Below are positions 9,918 to 18,749 of a stretch of 64,000 bases of DNA, one piece after another. Every line of letters starts with the position of its first letter. Positions within the stretch are counted from its first letter, which is position 1. The notes under the pieces are model-generated. The model saw only the letters and a list, made by a program, of their open reading frames with translations, was not told where the DNA came from and did no database searches. Location: positions 299,944 to 363,943 of IMG/VR virus record IMGVR_UViG_3300021963_000021. One strand, written 5' to 3'. The position numbers and the translations under genes were made by a program.

Positions 9918-10744
9918 CCTGCTAATACTTTTAGTAAGTTGCCTGAACGATCAATGCTTTCTCTTTTTGCGCGGCCTGCTTCTTCTGGTCCGCCTGCTGC
10001 TGGTTCTGCTGCGGCAAATGCGTCTTCACCTTCGTCGCCCATAGCAGCATCTGGATTCATAGCATCTGGTTCTGCTGGAGCACCTAGATCATCTGGAGCA
10101 CCCATGTCAGCTGCTGGATCTGGTGTTTCTGCTCCAAGCATTTCTTCCGGCTGTTCTTCGCCAGTTAGACCACGCACACCAGATGATAGTGTTTCACGTG
10201 TTTGCTTGAGTGTTTCTAATGCTGCTTGAATAGCTGGAGCCACTGCGCTTAAGAATGCCTTAGCTTGTTGTTGTCCCATTTCGTCACGGATGGTATCACC
10301 TAGTTCTAATAGCTGATCATTTTCCATGCCGGCTAGTTCTTCAATCCAGCGACCTACTCTATCTACCATCGTTTTGGCAGTTACCACTGCGCTGGCTTTA
10401 TCAGTGGCGCTTTCTTGAACTCTAGTTGTCATATCTTCTTCCTTTGTTGTTTCGTCGGTTTCCTGGATTTCTTCGCCACCCACAATGTTCTCACCGCGCT
10501 CAGAAATCTCTGCGTTGATCGCATCTAGCATCCATTGTGCTTTAGTGTAAGCATCATTCTCTACAGTTTCGTTAAAGCTAGAACTTTGCTTGTACTGATG
10601 TACTTGTGTGCGAAGTCTGTTTCTAGCGTCTTGTAATTGCTCTAGAGTGTATGATTCTAAGTTGAGCTTCTGCCCAAACGTTTTTTCAATGGTTTCGTTG
10701 ATTTTGCGAGAATCAACTTTCTTAAAAATGTCTGTTGTTTTCAT
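9914..10744 (-). CDS. acidic coiled-coil protein, possible prohead core/scaffold
   Basis: 276 aa, highly acidic; TAAATA box upstream near 10771. Confidence 0.55.
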   Translation of the reverse strand: MKTTDIFKKVDSRKINETIEKTFGQKLNLESYTLEQLQDARNRLRTQVHQYKQSSSFNETVENDAYTKAQWMLDAINAEISERGENIVGGEEIQETDETTKEEDMTTRVQESATDKASAVVTAKTMVDRVGRWIEELAGMENDQLLELGDTIRDEMGQQQAKAFLSAVAPAIQAALETLKQTRETLSSGVRGLTGEEQPEEMLGAETPDPAADMGAPDDLGAPAEPDAMNPDAAMGDEGEDAFAAAEPAAGGPEEAGRAKRESIDRSGNLLKVLAG

Positions 10745-10780
10745 GAGTCCTCATCCAGGAGTTATTGTTATATTTAGTAG

Positions 10781-11224
10781 TTATCTTGCCAAAAGCTCAG
10801 CCTGAGATTTCCAGTGGGCAGCAGTGTCTTTGGCATAGCACAGTCTAGCTAGATACAGATCGATGCGAAATTGATCTTGATCTACCCTAGCCTTATGATA
10901 CTTATCTTTGAATAATTGATAGTCATCAAGGGCTTGGCCAAATTTAGTATCTGCGTCTATTAGATTACGGATTTTTTCCTGATATTTCATAGGACTCAAT
11001 GCTATAAAGTTTGCTACTTTGATTGCTACTTTATTCAGAGAAATGTTTCTATAAAGTAATTCACCATTTTGGTATAGGTTTTTTATAGGACCTTGACTTT
11101 CGATCAAGACGCTGCCTACAAGGATACCTTGCTCTGTTTTTACAGGTACGAGGAATTCTTTTTTAGCTAGATCTTTGTGTACTTTGGAAATTACACGATC
11201 TAACTGTCTTTTAATTTCAGTCAT
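10781..11224 (-). CDS. hypothetical protein
   Basis: 147 aa ORF with TAAATA box upstream. Confidence 0.6.
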   Translation of the reverse strand: MTEIKRQLDRVISKVHKDLAKKEFLVPVKTEQGILVGSVLIESQGPIKNLYQNGELLYRNISLNKVAIKVANFIALSPMKYQEKIRNLIDADTKFGQALDDYQLFKDKYHKARVDQDQFRIDLYLARLCYAKDTAAHWKSQAELLAR

Positions 11225-11250
11225 AAAAAAAGGACCTATGGTCCTTTATT
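11225..11250 (-). terminator. intrinsic terminator hairpin
   Basis: aaggac-ctatg-gtcctt with U tract on minus strand. Confidence 0.6.
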
Positions 11251-11264
11251 TAAGTATGTATATT

Positions 11265-11585
11265 TTATAGACCAAAGAACTTGATAATCGTGTGTATGTT
11301 AAGCTGTCCTGTCATTCCTAGTCCTGCTAAAAATGCCATACCAATCATTCCATACATCATCATTTTGTCTTTGGATTTTTCTAATTCTTTGATTTTTCCA
11401 GCTAGCTCGTTGTGCTGGGCTGTGGATTCTACTCTCATATCACCGAGCGTCTTACTCAGTGTCTCGCCTGTGCGGTCCAAGCAGTCGTGCATCTCCTTCA
11501 CGTCTACTTTGATATCATCTAGTTTATTATCTAAATTAGCAACCTGTACTTCTACAACGCTAACTCGCTCTGCTACTGTAGGCAT
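11265..11585 (-). CDS. coiled-coil protein with C-terminal TM helix (holin/XhlA-like)
   Basis: Heptad repeats then YGMIGMAFLAGLGM; start likely MPTVAER at 11585 (GGAG ~10 nt upstream). Confidence 0.5.
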   Translation of the reverse strand: MPTVAERVSVVEVQVANLDNKLDDIKVDVKEMHDCLDRTGETLSKTLGDMRVESTAQHNELAGKIKELEKSKDKMMMYGMIGMAFLAGLGMTGQLNIHTIIKFFGL

Positions 11586-11678
11586 CTGGGCCATCTCCAA
11601 TGTTATAAGTCAAGTGCTCGCTCCGAGCCATGTGCCTAATGTATGATTGAATGCCTAATAATGTTTGCCTATATGTTT

Positions 11679-11686
11679 TATTTATA
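11679..11686 (-). promoter_or_regulatory. T4-type late promoter TATAAATA
   Basis: Exact TATAAATA; also at 12586-12593(-), 14896-14903(+), 44307-44314(-); TAAATA variants precede many other minus-strand genes. Confidence 0.75.
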
Positions 11687-11689
11687 TCA

Positions 11690-12085
11690 CTAGTACAGTT
11701 TTTGGATTATGGTATTAAATTTGTCACCCTTGGTTTTGAATACAGGAACATCAAAATTGGTACTATTATTTAATCCATCTACTATTGGAACACCGTCTAG
11801 ATCGTCTAGTAATAGGCCAAAAGGCGATAGGTCGTTGGCATAAGATTCGGATCTTTCTACTTCAAACTCATAGGTCCAATACCTAGCTTTGCCTTTCCAC
11901 GGTTCGGGCAATCGTCCCTCGTCAGATATAGGATCTCGATCAGCTGCCACTATGCCACGTAGATTTATGGCCTGTAGTAGAGCGTTGAAGTTTGATTGTT
12001 GTGCGTGTTTAAGTTCACTAGGGTCACTCCTGTGCGGTCGTGTCCGTGTGATGTCTACTAGTGTTGTTATTCGGAACTTTTCCAT
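11690..12085 (-). CDS. conserved phage hypothetical protein
   Basis: 131 aa, ITTLVDIT start; ends TAG TGA. Confidence 0.65.
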   Translation of the reverse strand: MEKFRITTLVDITRTRPHRSDPSELKHAQQSNFNALLQAINLRGIVAADRDPISDEGRLPEPWKGKARYWTYEFEVERSESYANDLSPFGLLLDDLDGVPIVDGLNNSTNFDVPVFKTKGDKFNTIIQKLY

Positions 12086-12107
12086 AATCTGCTGTTATTT
12101 AAGCAGA

Positions 12108-12137
12108 TAAAAAAAGGCCGGAATAAATCCGGCCCTT
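12108..12137 (-). terminator. intrinsic terminator
   Basis: ggccgga-ataaa-tccggcc followed by U tract on minus strand. Confidence 0.7.
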
Positions 12138-12158
12138 CCTTCCCATCCCTAGGAAATA

Positions 12159-12539
12159 TTAATAACCTGTGTTGAATGAAACTACTTCAGTGATTGTGTA
12201 GCCACTTGGTGCTGAACCTAGTGTACCAGTACCTTGTAGTGCTACATAGCAAGAAGCATCTGTAGAACCGTCCCAGCTGAAGCCGACAATAGTGAAAGCG
12301 TCTGGACCGTTTGTATCTGTACCGTTACCAGATCCACCTGCTGCTTCAAATGTCTTTAGAGCTGCTAGAAGTTGTGCTTCTGTTGCGTCGCCGGAATCTT
12401 TAACAAGAGTAGCGATGATTGTACGACCGCCAAGACCTTGTGTAAGACCGTTGTTTCTTAGGTTGCTATTGAATAGTGATTCGTAGTTAGCTGCTACGGT
12501 TGCTCCTGGTGAAGGAACGTTTGTATATGACCATGCCAT
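12159..12539 (-). CDS. small structural protein (capsid-decoration-like)
   Basis: 126 aa Gly/Thr/Ala-rich; own late promoter, strong RBS and terminator. Confidence 0.55.
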   Translation of the reverse strand: MAWSYTNVPSPGATVAANYESLFNSNLRNNGLTQGLGGRTIIATLVKDSGDATEAQLLAALKTFEAAGGSGNGTDTNGPDAFTIVGFSWDGSTDASCYVALQGTGTLGSAPSGYTITEVVSFNTGY

Positions 12540-12632
12540 GATAAGTTCTCCTTAAGTTATAATCCCGCTCCGGGATTGGCATGTTTATTTATATGGTTTT
12601 TGGAAAATCAAGCGGAATGGGCTTAAAATCGC

Positions 12633-13751
12633 TCAATCTGTGCGGAAAGGTGTCCAGCGATCGCGTGGAACTAGTTTTACAGCATCTGCTGTTTTAATGT
12701 AGCCTTCACCGCCACGCTGTCCGTTTGTGTGTGCTACAACATCACCCTCTGATTGATCTAGTTCACGGATTACTTCGTTTTTAGCTTTCATAAGCTCACG
12801 AACCAGATATAGTAGGCTTTCTAATACATCACCCTGCTGACTGTTCAAATCAGCTACTTTCTTTTGTTTTGGAGCACTGACCTTGCTGGTAGATAACCAA
12901 GTAAAGAAATCTTTGCTGCTTAGACTATCTAAGGCTTTGGCTTTGCTGCGTTGATTTACATATGTATAGATTATGTTCTGTAGATCGCTTAGACCTGCCT
13001 GCGGTGTAAGGAATTGATCTATACGCTTAGAGTTTTTGTTTACTGCTGCTTCTATCTGTGCTAGATTATCAGCATTTACTTCTGGCTGATGTGTGACATA
13101 GTTTTGTCCAGTAACAAATACTGTGCCACTGTTAAACATTCCTGGATCTGTAACAGGCTCACCGGAGGTCAACGGGTCACCGAAGTTTTCTAATATAAAA
13201 TGAGCAGCCACAGCTACCTTGGCGTTAGACATCAGTTTACCTATGTCACTGCTAGGGTCAACGGTATAGGTAGTTTGATTGGGAGTAAACACCAATTTAC
13301 CGGCTTGCGGTTGTGCTGGTTTGCCAGGATGAAACAGTATGTCAGCATAGACATATCCACGGAAGTCCGCAGGGGTTGCTGCTTCAAACAAGGGCCATAG
13401 GCCTGCCATATCACTGGCAAATTTTTCTCGCCAGTCTTCACCCTTGCCGCGGCTTAGTATAAACTGTTTTAGTTCTTGCGGACTTGTGCTACGGCCTTCT
13501 TCTCTGCCCCAGTTGTTCTTACCAACTAAACGGAATTGTCCATCTGGCTCGCGTCCCCATAGCACTGTAGGAGCGCCGTCCCATTTTACTGAAATGTCCT
13601 TGGCATCTTGAGCTATGTTTTTTAAGATAGCAACAGCACGAGCACCACCGTTGGGCTCTGTGAACACAAGATCCTCTAGATGATTGAACTCACGTCCTAC
13701 TTTCTTAGGAGCAGGCGCTGCGGATTCTGTTAAAAATTCAAATGCTCTCAT
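12633..13751 (-). CDS. ligase-like nucleotidyltransferase-fold protein (DUF6267-like)
   Basis: SVKWDGAP (KxDG), YADILF, GEGYIK, KLV resemble ligase motifs I/III/IV/V. Confidence 0.55.
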   Translation of the reverse strand: MRAFEFLTESAAPAPKKVGREFNHLEDLVFTEPNGGARAVAILKNIAQDAKDISVKWDGAPTVLWGREPDGQFRLVGKNNWGREEGRSTSPQELKQFILSRGKGEDWREKFASDMAGLWPLFEAATPADFRGYVYADILFHPGKPAQPQAGKLVFTPNQTTYTVDPSSDIGKLMSNAKVAVAAHFILENFGDPLTSGEPVTDPGMFNSGTVFVTGQNYVTHQPEVNADNLAQIEAAVNKNSKRIDQFLTPQAGLSDLQNIIYTYVNQRSKAKALDSLSSKDFFTWLSTSKVSAPKQKKVADLNSQQGDVLESLLYLVRELMKAKNEVIRELDQSEGDVVAHTNGQRGGEGYIKTADAVKLVPRDRWTPFRTD

Positions 13752-14533
13752 GATACTAGATTAATCAACTTTCTCATCCAACCTATACTACCAGTTTGAT
13801 AACTTTCAAAGGCTTCTTTTTGAGGCAATTCCATGCCCTGTTTACCTAGTGTTTCTCTAGCTGCTGATATTAGTTCTTCGTAGTTAGGTAATTTTTTAAT
13901 GTAGTTTAAAATACTTTCAACGGATGTTATATCTTTAGGTGTAGCTGTTTGACCAAGCAGATCTTTGGCCATCTTGTTAGGGTCTTTGGTAATTGTAGTG
14001 TCAGTTGCTGGATCTACAAGACCATTTTTGTAGCTGTATTTGAAGCCACGTGCTCTAGCTATACTGGCCAACAATATATGTCTATGTTCGCCTCGGTAGG
14101 GACTGTCTTCTAGCCCACCTCGAACACTGAACTGTTGCCACTGTGGATCCGGACTAAACATAAAATCTGTTTGTGCGTATCCATTAGAATCTTCACCGCG
14201 TATAGGAGTCATTAGGTGTACGCTGTCACCACTCATTTTTACTCTTGATTTATCAATGCCAGCTGACAGCAGAGCATTCATAAGAGTCTTTTTATCAATT
14301 TGTGTTTCATCTACGGACAAGTCTAGATCGCCACTGTCTGTTTTGCGTCCTGTAGTCCCTAGCCATTTAATAGGAACTCCTGCTTCATCTTTGTCAGTGG
14401 TAAAATCAAGACCTGTGAGTTTTTCAAGATAAGCGATAGTGGCTGGAATTTCATCACGCTTGATTCTGCGTGTTAAAGGCTGTTTGTCGGCACCTTTGAA
14501 TACATTGCCGCCTTCTAGTAACTTATTCTCCAT
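13748..14533 (-). CDS. Pol-beta-type nucleotidyltransferase-like protein
   Basis: LGTTGRKTDSGDLDLSV and QTDFM match the hG[S/T]x9-13DhD..D pattern. Confidence 0.6.
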   Translation of the reverse strand: MENKLLEGGNVFKGADKQPLTRRIKRDEIPATIAYLEKLTGLDFTTDKDEAGVPIKWLGTTGRKTDSGDLDLSVDETQIDKKTLMNALLSAGIDKSRVKMSGDSVHLMTPIRGEDSNGYAQTDFMFSPDPQWQQFSVRGGLEDSPYRGEHRHILLASIARARGFKYSYKNGLVDPATDTTITKDPNKMAKDLLGQTATPKDITSVESILNYIKKLPNYEELISAARETLGKQGMELPQKEAFESYQTGSIGWMRKLINLVS

Positions 14534-14813
14534 CTTCTTGTGATTCCAATAATTTCTTGTTGGCCTTACGTGATTCTGCTACTTTGCGTATACCGCGAGT
14601 AAACTTCGCAGGATCTGAGCCTTTGATAGCATTTAGTAGCCTACGCATTAACTCGTCTGCTACTTCTGGCTCATAGTTCTTGTTTATAGACTCTATAAGG
14701 TTAATGGCAGAATTAATAATATTTGTGGCACGGCTTTCAATCAGAGCATCTGTGTTTCTAGTTGATGCTACTTGATTAAGCTCTTGTAATATCGATCTTG
14801 TTTTAACTTTCAT
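14523..14813 (-). CDS. conserved phage hypothetical protein
   Basis: 96 aa, TAAATA box upstream. Confidence 0.65.
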   Translation of the reverse strand: MKVKTRSILQELNQVASTRNTDALIESRATNIINSAINLIESINKNYEPEVADELMRRLLNAIKGSDPAKFTRGIRKVAESRKANKKLLESQEDGE

Positions 14814-14931
14814 TTCAGCGTATCCTGATGTTATATTTACCCAAATTCTATTAAGCCAAATAGTTTCTTTTTTGTGCGGTGCGCAACGCTCTCAGTATAA
14901 ATACTAATACACAGAACAAGGACACACTTAG

Positions 14932-15096
14932 ATGTTAACACAACTAAAGAAATTTATCAATAGCTGGTTTTCCCAGCGAAATTATAGCTCCGATATGGAA
15001 CGCTATATCGTATCAAAAAACCCACAAAACAACGCTCATGTAGAAGAATTAGAGCGAGAATTTAACCAAAGACTACTGGAAGGGAGATTCTTATGA
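14932..15096 (+). CDS. small protein, DUF3563-like (not in ORF track)
   Basis: 54 aa MLTQLKKFINSWFSQRNYSSDMERYIVSKNPQNNAHVEELEREF...; RBS AAGGA; late promoter 14896-14903. Confidence 0.55.
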   Translation: MLTQLKKFINSWFSQRNYSSDMERYIVSKNPQNNAHVEELEREFNQRLLEGRFL

Positions 15097-15215
15097 GATC
15101 CGTTTGGAACTATCTCATTGGCATGTCTGATAACCTCTACAGAGCACGATCAGCATCGATCGCAGCTAGAATGGGCAACTATCAGAAAGCTAAAGAAATA
15201 ATGATGAGCAAGTAA
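15093..15215 (+). CDS. 40 aa hypothetical protein (not in ORF track)
   Basis: ATGA overlap with upstream stop, TAATG overlap with downstream start. Confidence 0.5.
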   Translation: MRSVWNYLIGMSDNLYRARSASIAARMGNYQKAKEIMMSK

Positions 15216-15421
15216 TGATCGAATTTAAAGAAATACCCTTTCATACGTGGGGGCCATGGCGTAATCAGTGGGGTTACATTACCACTGTGGCTCAGTTCGA
15301 TGAAGACGATATTATCTTAAAAAGCATTACACCCTACGACAGCAAGATCGTTCGCAGATTCACTGACTGGGAAGACTGCGAACGATTGATAGAATTAATA
15401 GAGCAGGATCGGAGATTTTAA
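15215..15421 (+). CDS. hypothetical protein
   Basis: 68 aa, coupled start. Confidence 0.55.
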   Translation: MIEFKEIPFHTWGPWRNQWGYITTVAQFDEDDIILKSITPYDSKIVRRFTDWEDCERLIELIEQDRRF

Positions 15422-15492
15422 CCATGTTTAATCTTGCTTATTCGCCTACAGAGCTATATAATAATACATACACTAACACACAAGGAGAACTT

Positions 15493-15714
15493 ATGTTTAC
15501 ACCGCATTTTTTCATCGACACCTTTCAGGGCACAAAGAAAATTGTCACTGATCAGATTTTCAAAGATCCTGCTCTAAACAAAGCAGCTCACGCATATATC
15601 GAAGCACAAACACAATTTGCCAAGATGGCCGTTAATAACACCATTGATATGGCTAAGTATTCAGTGGAAAGCATATCTAATGTATGGTTTCCTAAGAAGG
15701 AAGGTACCGCCTAA
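15493..15714 (+). CDS. phasin-like protein
   Basis: FIDTFQGTKK...AHAYIEAQTQFAKMAV amphipathic helical pattern; RBS AAGGAG before 15493. Confidence 0.5.
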   Translation: MFTPHFFIDTFQGTKKIVTDQIFKDPALNKAAHAYIEAQTQFAKMAVNNTIDMAKYSVESISNVWFPKKEGTA

Positions 15715-15750
15715 GGTACAAACAGACATACACACATAAAGGAGAATATT

Positions 15751-16023
15751 ATGTCATTCGAAACACCAAAAGTTCCAGAAGTAAAATTCAATAAAAATGG
15801 CTACGAAATTCGTACAGATATCCTACACTTGGCCAAGGATCTTGTTTCTCAAGATTTCCAAGTTAAGTTCCAAGGTTGGGAAATGACCGCTACTCGCGAT
15901 GAGAAGACCGGTCAAATCGTTAGCACCGTCGCTATGCCAGAATTTCCTGGACTCGATAAAGTATTAGAAACCGCCGAAAAGATGTACACATTTGTTAATC
16001 AAGGTGCTGGCGCGAAGAAATAA
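15751..16023 (+). CDS. conserved phage hypothetical protein
   Basis: KNGYEIRTDILHLAKD motif; RBS AAGGAG. Confidence 0.7.
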   Translation: MSFETPKVPEVKFNKNGYEIRTDILHLAKDLVSQDFQVKFQGWEMTATRDEKTGQIVSTVAMPEFPGLDKVLETAEKMYTFVNQGAGAKK

Positions 16024-16063
16024 CTATTAGCCCGTAGGGCTTTATTATATTTTAGTAAGTAAA

Positions 16064-16090
16064 GAAAAGCACCCTTCGGGGTGCTTTTTA
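16064..16090. terminator. bidirectional terminator
   Basis: aaaagcaccc-ttcg-gggtgctttt between convergent genes. Confidence 0.85.
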
Positions 16091-16732
16091 TTTGTCTAGA
16101 ATTTTTCTAACAGCCATTTGTCTACTGTCTGCTTTTACAAAAGATTTCAAATCCATCTTGGATGCTAGCCATGCTTTAATCATGCTGTATTCTAATATCA
16201 CATCTATGTTGTCTTTGTTTAACAGTGTCTTGTGTTCTTTGTCAAAGATCTTAGTGTCTATGCTGAGATTTTGAGCGTAACCTCCCCAATGAGGTTTCAG
16301 TCTTTCTAGATTGTCTTCAGTGATATATGATCTATCTACTACTAAAAATCTGTAATGTGTAATCTGTTGTGATTTCATTACCAATAGTCGATCTTTACCA
16401 GGATGTGCGTAGTAGTGGGTTTCGTTGTTTGGAATGGCTACAACAGGATCTCGCCAGCGTTGATTTTTATGCCAATATTGGTACAGTCTGATTATTTTTT
16501 CTAGTCTATAGAAAAAACGGAACTGCTGTTTGTTACGTCTGTTTAGAAAGTTTTCTTTTATGATATCACGGTGCTGATCAAAAGTATTAGCATCGTTGTG
16601 GCAGGTCCAATTGAAGATAACTGTGGCTAGGTCGGAGCCATAATCTTGTAGACAGTTATCATAGAAGTTAGATTCTATTAGAACATGAACCCAGCCCAGC
16701 GGCAGATTTTCATACCTAATATCATTAGGCAT
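16088..16732 (-). CDS. hypothetical protein
   Basis: 214 aa. Confidence 0.55.
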   Translation of the reverse strand: MPNDIRYENLPLGWVHVLIESNFYDNCLQDYGSDLATVIFNWTCHNDANTFDQHRDIIKENFLNRRNKQQFRFFYRLEKIIRLYQYWHKNQRWRDPVVAIPNNETHYYAHPGKDRLLVMKSQQITHYRFLVVDRSYITEDNLERLKPHWGGYAQNLSIDTKIFDKEHKTLLNKDNIDVILEYSMIKAWLASKMDLKSFVKADSRQMAVRKILDK

Positions 16733-16735
16733 CTA

Positions 16736-17869
16736 TCAGTCTGCGGCTCTTTCTACTCGCAGATCCTCTGGGGTTATAGTTGGGTGTCGTTCTATGACTT
16801 TGCGAATAACATCTTCGGCACTATCGCCTTCTATGCTGATAGTTCTATTAGATGGAACGTGTGTCACGTTGAATGTGCCAGGTCCTTCTTCAGCTTCTGG
16901 TTCAGCTGCTTCTGGTTCTGAATTGTAAGACAACGGAAATTTGGATTTGAGTTCGTTGATTTCAGCATCAATGTCATAGCCTTTGCCGCGAGTGATTTCT
17001 TTGCTCAACTCAACGATTTCTCCAGACTTGGCTTTCATTGCTGCGCCAATCTTTTTCAATAGGCCGGGAAATAATTCAGCAAACTTTTGATCACCACGTG
17101 AGTAGCTGATAGATTGGTTACCGTTGTTCATTTGATTAGTAGGAGCATGTATCTGCCACTTACCGTTTACGTCATCTTGATTTTGTTTGTCAATAACACT
17201 GATGATAGGACCATCTGGGGCATAACGATTGAACCATTGCATGCCGCTACTGGAACCTGTACAGAAGCTGGCTTGGAAACCTTCTGAATTGTTAAATGTA
17301 TAACATGAACCGTAGTTGTAGGGAACTACTACTAGGAATTTTTCGTCGTCAATTAGAGTTGTTTCTTTCTTTTCACGCTTGTGTTTTTCAATAACTTCAG
17401 CGTCTTTGATTTTACGCAGCTCGTCTCGATACTCTCTAGTCTGTACAATGGCCTGAATCTGGCGTAGATTTTTATATCTATTAAAGTCTTGATGTGCGGG
17501 TTGAAGCTTGTTACGTATGCTTAGAGCCTTCCACGCACCTAGCGCATCTCCACCTTCTCCATTGATATCTTCGTAGTCTAAAACACCCTGTGTGTACAAA
17601 CGTGTTAGCCACTCATCGAATTTACCATCGGCAGAAATATCACCATAGTCTGTAGATCTCAATGATTGATCTAACAGTTTGCTCCAAAGAGCCATGACCT
17701 CTTCATCTGTTGGTTTAGTACCTAGTCTAGCAATTTCGTTCTTAGGAACAGTGGAATCGTGACGCATGGCAATGGCCACCAGTTTGATCGTTTTAGGATC
17801 TTTGATCTTAGCAGCCACATTAGCTTCTGAGATAACTTGTAATTCGTCGATAACGTCTAGTAGTTTCAT
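16736..17869 (-). CDS. hypothetical late protein
   Basis: 377 aa, MKLLDVIDE start. Confidence 0.7.
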   Translation of the reverse strand: MKLLDVIDELQVISEANVAAKIKDPKTIKLVAIAMRHDSTVPKNEIARLGTKPTDEEVMALWSKLLDQSLRSTDYGDISADGKFDEWLTRLYTQGVLDYEDINGEGGDALGAWKALSIRNKLQPAHQDFNRYKNLRQIQAIVQTREYRDELRKIKDAEVIEKHKREKKETTLIDDEKFLVVVPYNYGSCYTFNNSEGFQASFCTGSSSGMQWFNRYAPDGPIISVIDKQNQDDVNGKWQIHAPTNQMNNGNQSISYSRGDQKFAELFPGLLKKIGAAMKAKSGEIVELSKEITRGKGYDIDAEINELKSKFPLSYNSEPEAAEPEAEEGPGTFNVTHVPSNRTISIEGDSAEDVIRKVIERHPTITPEDLRVERAAD

Positions 17870-18738
17870 CCTGATATCAATGTCCTTTTAAAGAATGCCA
17901 GTACAGTGCCTAGCTTTGATGTGTCGCCTTGGGCGATATCAGTTAATAGTAGTGTCATTCCTTCTGAACGTTCTGGGCTTTGTCGGCCATTATACGATCT
18001 TTGGAATGCTCCTGTTTGATCCGGATAGTAATGGCTAGCGGCCATCGCTACTGCTATCGATATTGCGTTTTCTAAATTGCTGCTAAGACTGCCAACGTCG
18101 CCGCCAGTTTCGATCACATCCATCATTTGTTGTAATTTTCTAACTTGATTTAATTTTTTTTCAGCTTTCTCGTAGGCATCGTTTTTGATCATATTAGTAA
18201 TCATGCCTTTGATATCTGCGATAGCTGCTTGAATGGCTTTGGCCCATAAAGGTTTAAATTTCATTAGCAGTTTGTCGTTAGACATAGACTTTTCAGCTGA
18301 TTTGTTAAGTTCAGCTCTGTCTTTTTGTTTTGTCCTAACAGCACCTGTTTCACGCCCAATATAGATGTGCGTGATCTTACCTATACTTCCTTTAAAGAAA
18401 TCTAATATATTGCCACCGCGATCGTTTCTAACAACCTGTGGATCGTCACCTGTGCTGGCCAGTGCTGTGTAACTGCCATTCTTCTGTTGTATAGCACCCG
18501 AGCCTTTTTGTCCTTTGACTAAGACCCAACCTCCACGACTCATGTCTTTCAACACACTCCAACTGATTTTTTCAGTTGGTTGATATTCTTGATTGTGTGA
18601 TAGGGCATATTCACTGTGAAGTTTTCTAATCACAGCGTCGCCACCTGGATACCCTTTGAACAGATCTATACTTGAGCTAGCTTCAAATACGATGCTTTCA
18701 CAAAGAGCAGCAAAATTTTTATAACCTTGTGTATTCAT
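17866..18738 (-). CDS. hypothetical late protein
   Basis: 290 aa, TAAATA upstream. Confidence 0.7.
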   Translation of the reverse strand: MNTQGYKNFAALCESIVFEASSSIDLFKGYPGGDAVIRKLHSEYALSHNQEYQPTEKISWSVLKDMSRGGWVLVKGQKGSGAIQQKNGSYTALASTGDDPQVVRNDRGGNILDFFKGSIGKITHIYIGRETGAVRTKQKDRAELNKSAEKSMSNDKLLMKFKPLWAKAIQAAIADIKGMITNMIKNDAYEKAEKKLNQVRKLQQMMDVIETGGDVGSLSSNLENAISIAVAMAASHYYPDQTGAFQRSYNGRQSPERSEGMTLLLTDIAQGDTSKLGTVLAFFKRTLISG

Positions 18739-18749
18739 AGTAGTATTTA

